The notes under the pieces are model-generated. The model was given only the letters and a program-made list of their open reading frames with translations, was not told the origin of the DNA and searched no databases. From Heterodontus francisci (lineage: Eukaryota), in NCBI RefSeq assembly GCF_036365525.1, contig NC_090380.1:84391658-84455657 (forward strand): a DNA stretch of 64,000 nt, written 5' to 3'. Positions 62,451-64,000 of the stretch are shown here, piece by piece. Positions within the stretch are counted from its first letter, which is position 1, and each line of letters begins with the position of its first letter. The translations under genes and the position numbers were made by a program.

Positions 62451-64000
62451 AAAGAACAAACAAAGAACAAAGAACAGTACAGCACAGGAACAGGCCATTC
62501 GGCCCTCCAAGCCTGTGCCGATCTTGATGCCTGCCGAAACTAACACCTTCTGCACTTCTGGGGCCCATATCCCTCTATTCCCTTACTATTCATATATTTG
62601 TCAAGATGTCTCTTAAACGTCGCTATCGTATCTGCTTCCACCACCTCCCCTGGCAGCAGGTTCCAGGCACTCACCACCCTCTGTGTAAAAAACTTGCCTC
62701 GCACATCCCCACTGAACTTTGCCCCTCGCAATTTAAACCTATGTCCCCTAGTAACTGACTCTTCCACCCTGGGAAAAAGCTTCTGACTATCCACTCTGTC
62801 CATGCCGCTCATAACTTTGTAAACCTCTATCATGTCACCCCTCCACCTCCGTCGTTCCAGTGAAAACAATCCGAGTTTTTCCAACCTCTCCTCATAGTTA
62901 ATACCCTCCAGACCAGGCAACATCCTGGTAAACCTCCTCTGTACCCTCTCCAAAGCCTCCACGTCCTTCTGGTAGTGTGGCGACCAGAATTGCACGCAGT
63001 ATTCTAAGTGTGGCCTAACTAAGGTTCTGTACAGCTGCAACATGACTTGCCAATTTTTATACTCTGTGCCCCGATCGATGAAGGCAAGCATGCCGTATGC
63101 CTTCTTGACTACCTTATCCACCTGCGTTGCCACTTTCAGTGACCTGTGGACCTGTACGCCCAGATCTCTCTGCCTGTCAATACTCCTAAGGGTTCTGCCA
63201 TTTACTGTATACCTCCCACCTGCATTAGACCTTCCAAAATGCATTACCTCACATTTGTCCGGATTAAACTCCATCTGCCATTTCTCCGCCCAAGTCTCCA
63301 AACGATCTATATCCTGCTGTATCCTCTGACAATCCTCATCATTATCCGCAACTCTACCAACCTTTGTGTCGTCCGCAAACTTACTAATCAGACCAGCTAC
63401 ATTTTCCTCCAAATCATTTATATATACTACAAACAGCAAAGGTCCCAGCACTGATCCCTGCGGAACACCACTGGTCACATCCCTCCATTCAGAAAAACAT
63501 CCATCCACTGTTACCCTCAGTCTTCTGTGACTGAGCCAGTTCTGTATCCATCTTGCCAGCTCACCTCTGATCCCGTGTGACTTCACCTTTTGTACCAGTC
63601 TGCCATGCAGGACCTTGTCAAAGGCTTTGCTAAAGTTCATATAGACAACATCCCTTCCCTCATCAATCATCTTCGTCACTTCCTCAAAAAACTCAATCAA
63701 ATTCGTAAGACACGACCTCCCCTTCACAAAACCATGCTGTCTCTCACTAATAAGTTCGTTTGTTTCCAAATGGGAGTAAATCCTGTCCCGAAGAATCCTC
63801 TCTAATAGTTTCCCTACCGCTGACGTAAGGCTCACCGGCCTATAATTTCCTGGATTATCCTTGCCACGCTTCTTAAACAAAGGAACAACATTGGCTATTC
63901 TCCAGTCCTCTGGGACCTCACCTGTAGCCAATGAGGATGCAAAGATTCCTGTCAAGGCCCAGCAATTTCTTCCCTTGCCTCCCTCAGTATTCTAGGGTAG
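62451..64000 (-). mobile_element. Young CR1 LINE (471-aa open RT region), runs off the window
   Basis: Open RT to C-terminus; GAACAAA tail; near-identical to 21721-23270. Confidence 0.95.

Noticed and set aside
62598-63805. Recurrent plus-strand ORFs (MSRCLLNVAIV..., MTCQFLYS...)
   Set aside because: Antisense shadows of CR1 ORF2, repeated only because the CR1 is repeated

Overview
Repeat-dense vertebrate genomic DNA, almost certainly from a cartilaginous fish (shark/ray), judged from the V-SINE/HE1-type, Deu-type SINE and CR1 families. One host gene is supported: an NXPE3-like gene on the minus strand. It has three spliceable coding exons in compatible phases (19927-19814, 8337-7550, 3351-3278), its 3' exons lie left of the window, and candidate 5'UTR exons plus an ISRE-bearing promoter lie at about 32.1-33.1 kb. 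The rest is largely nested mobile DNA: CR1, L2 and Tx1 LINEs, a single-ORF CR1-group LINE ('family B'), a decayed Penelope element, a Gmr1-type and a standard Gypsy element, three solo LTRs, PIF/Harbinger elements and MITEs, and a hAT-type element. Two systems stand out. (1) Family B LINE carries a tRNA-derived Pol III A/B-box head, has no ORF1, is almost free of TTTT terminators on its sense strand, and has a SINE that looks like its internal-deletion derivative. (2) Short Penelope-derived insertions, mostly palindromic, carry a hammerhead ribozyme; three have target-site duplications (TSDs), and one 1.3-kb copy has captured foreign sequence. Coordinates were read by eye and some boundaries are approximate. 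No database searches were run.
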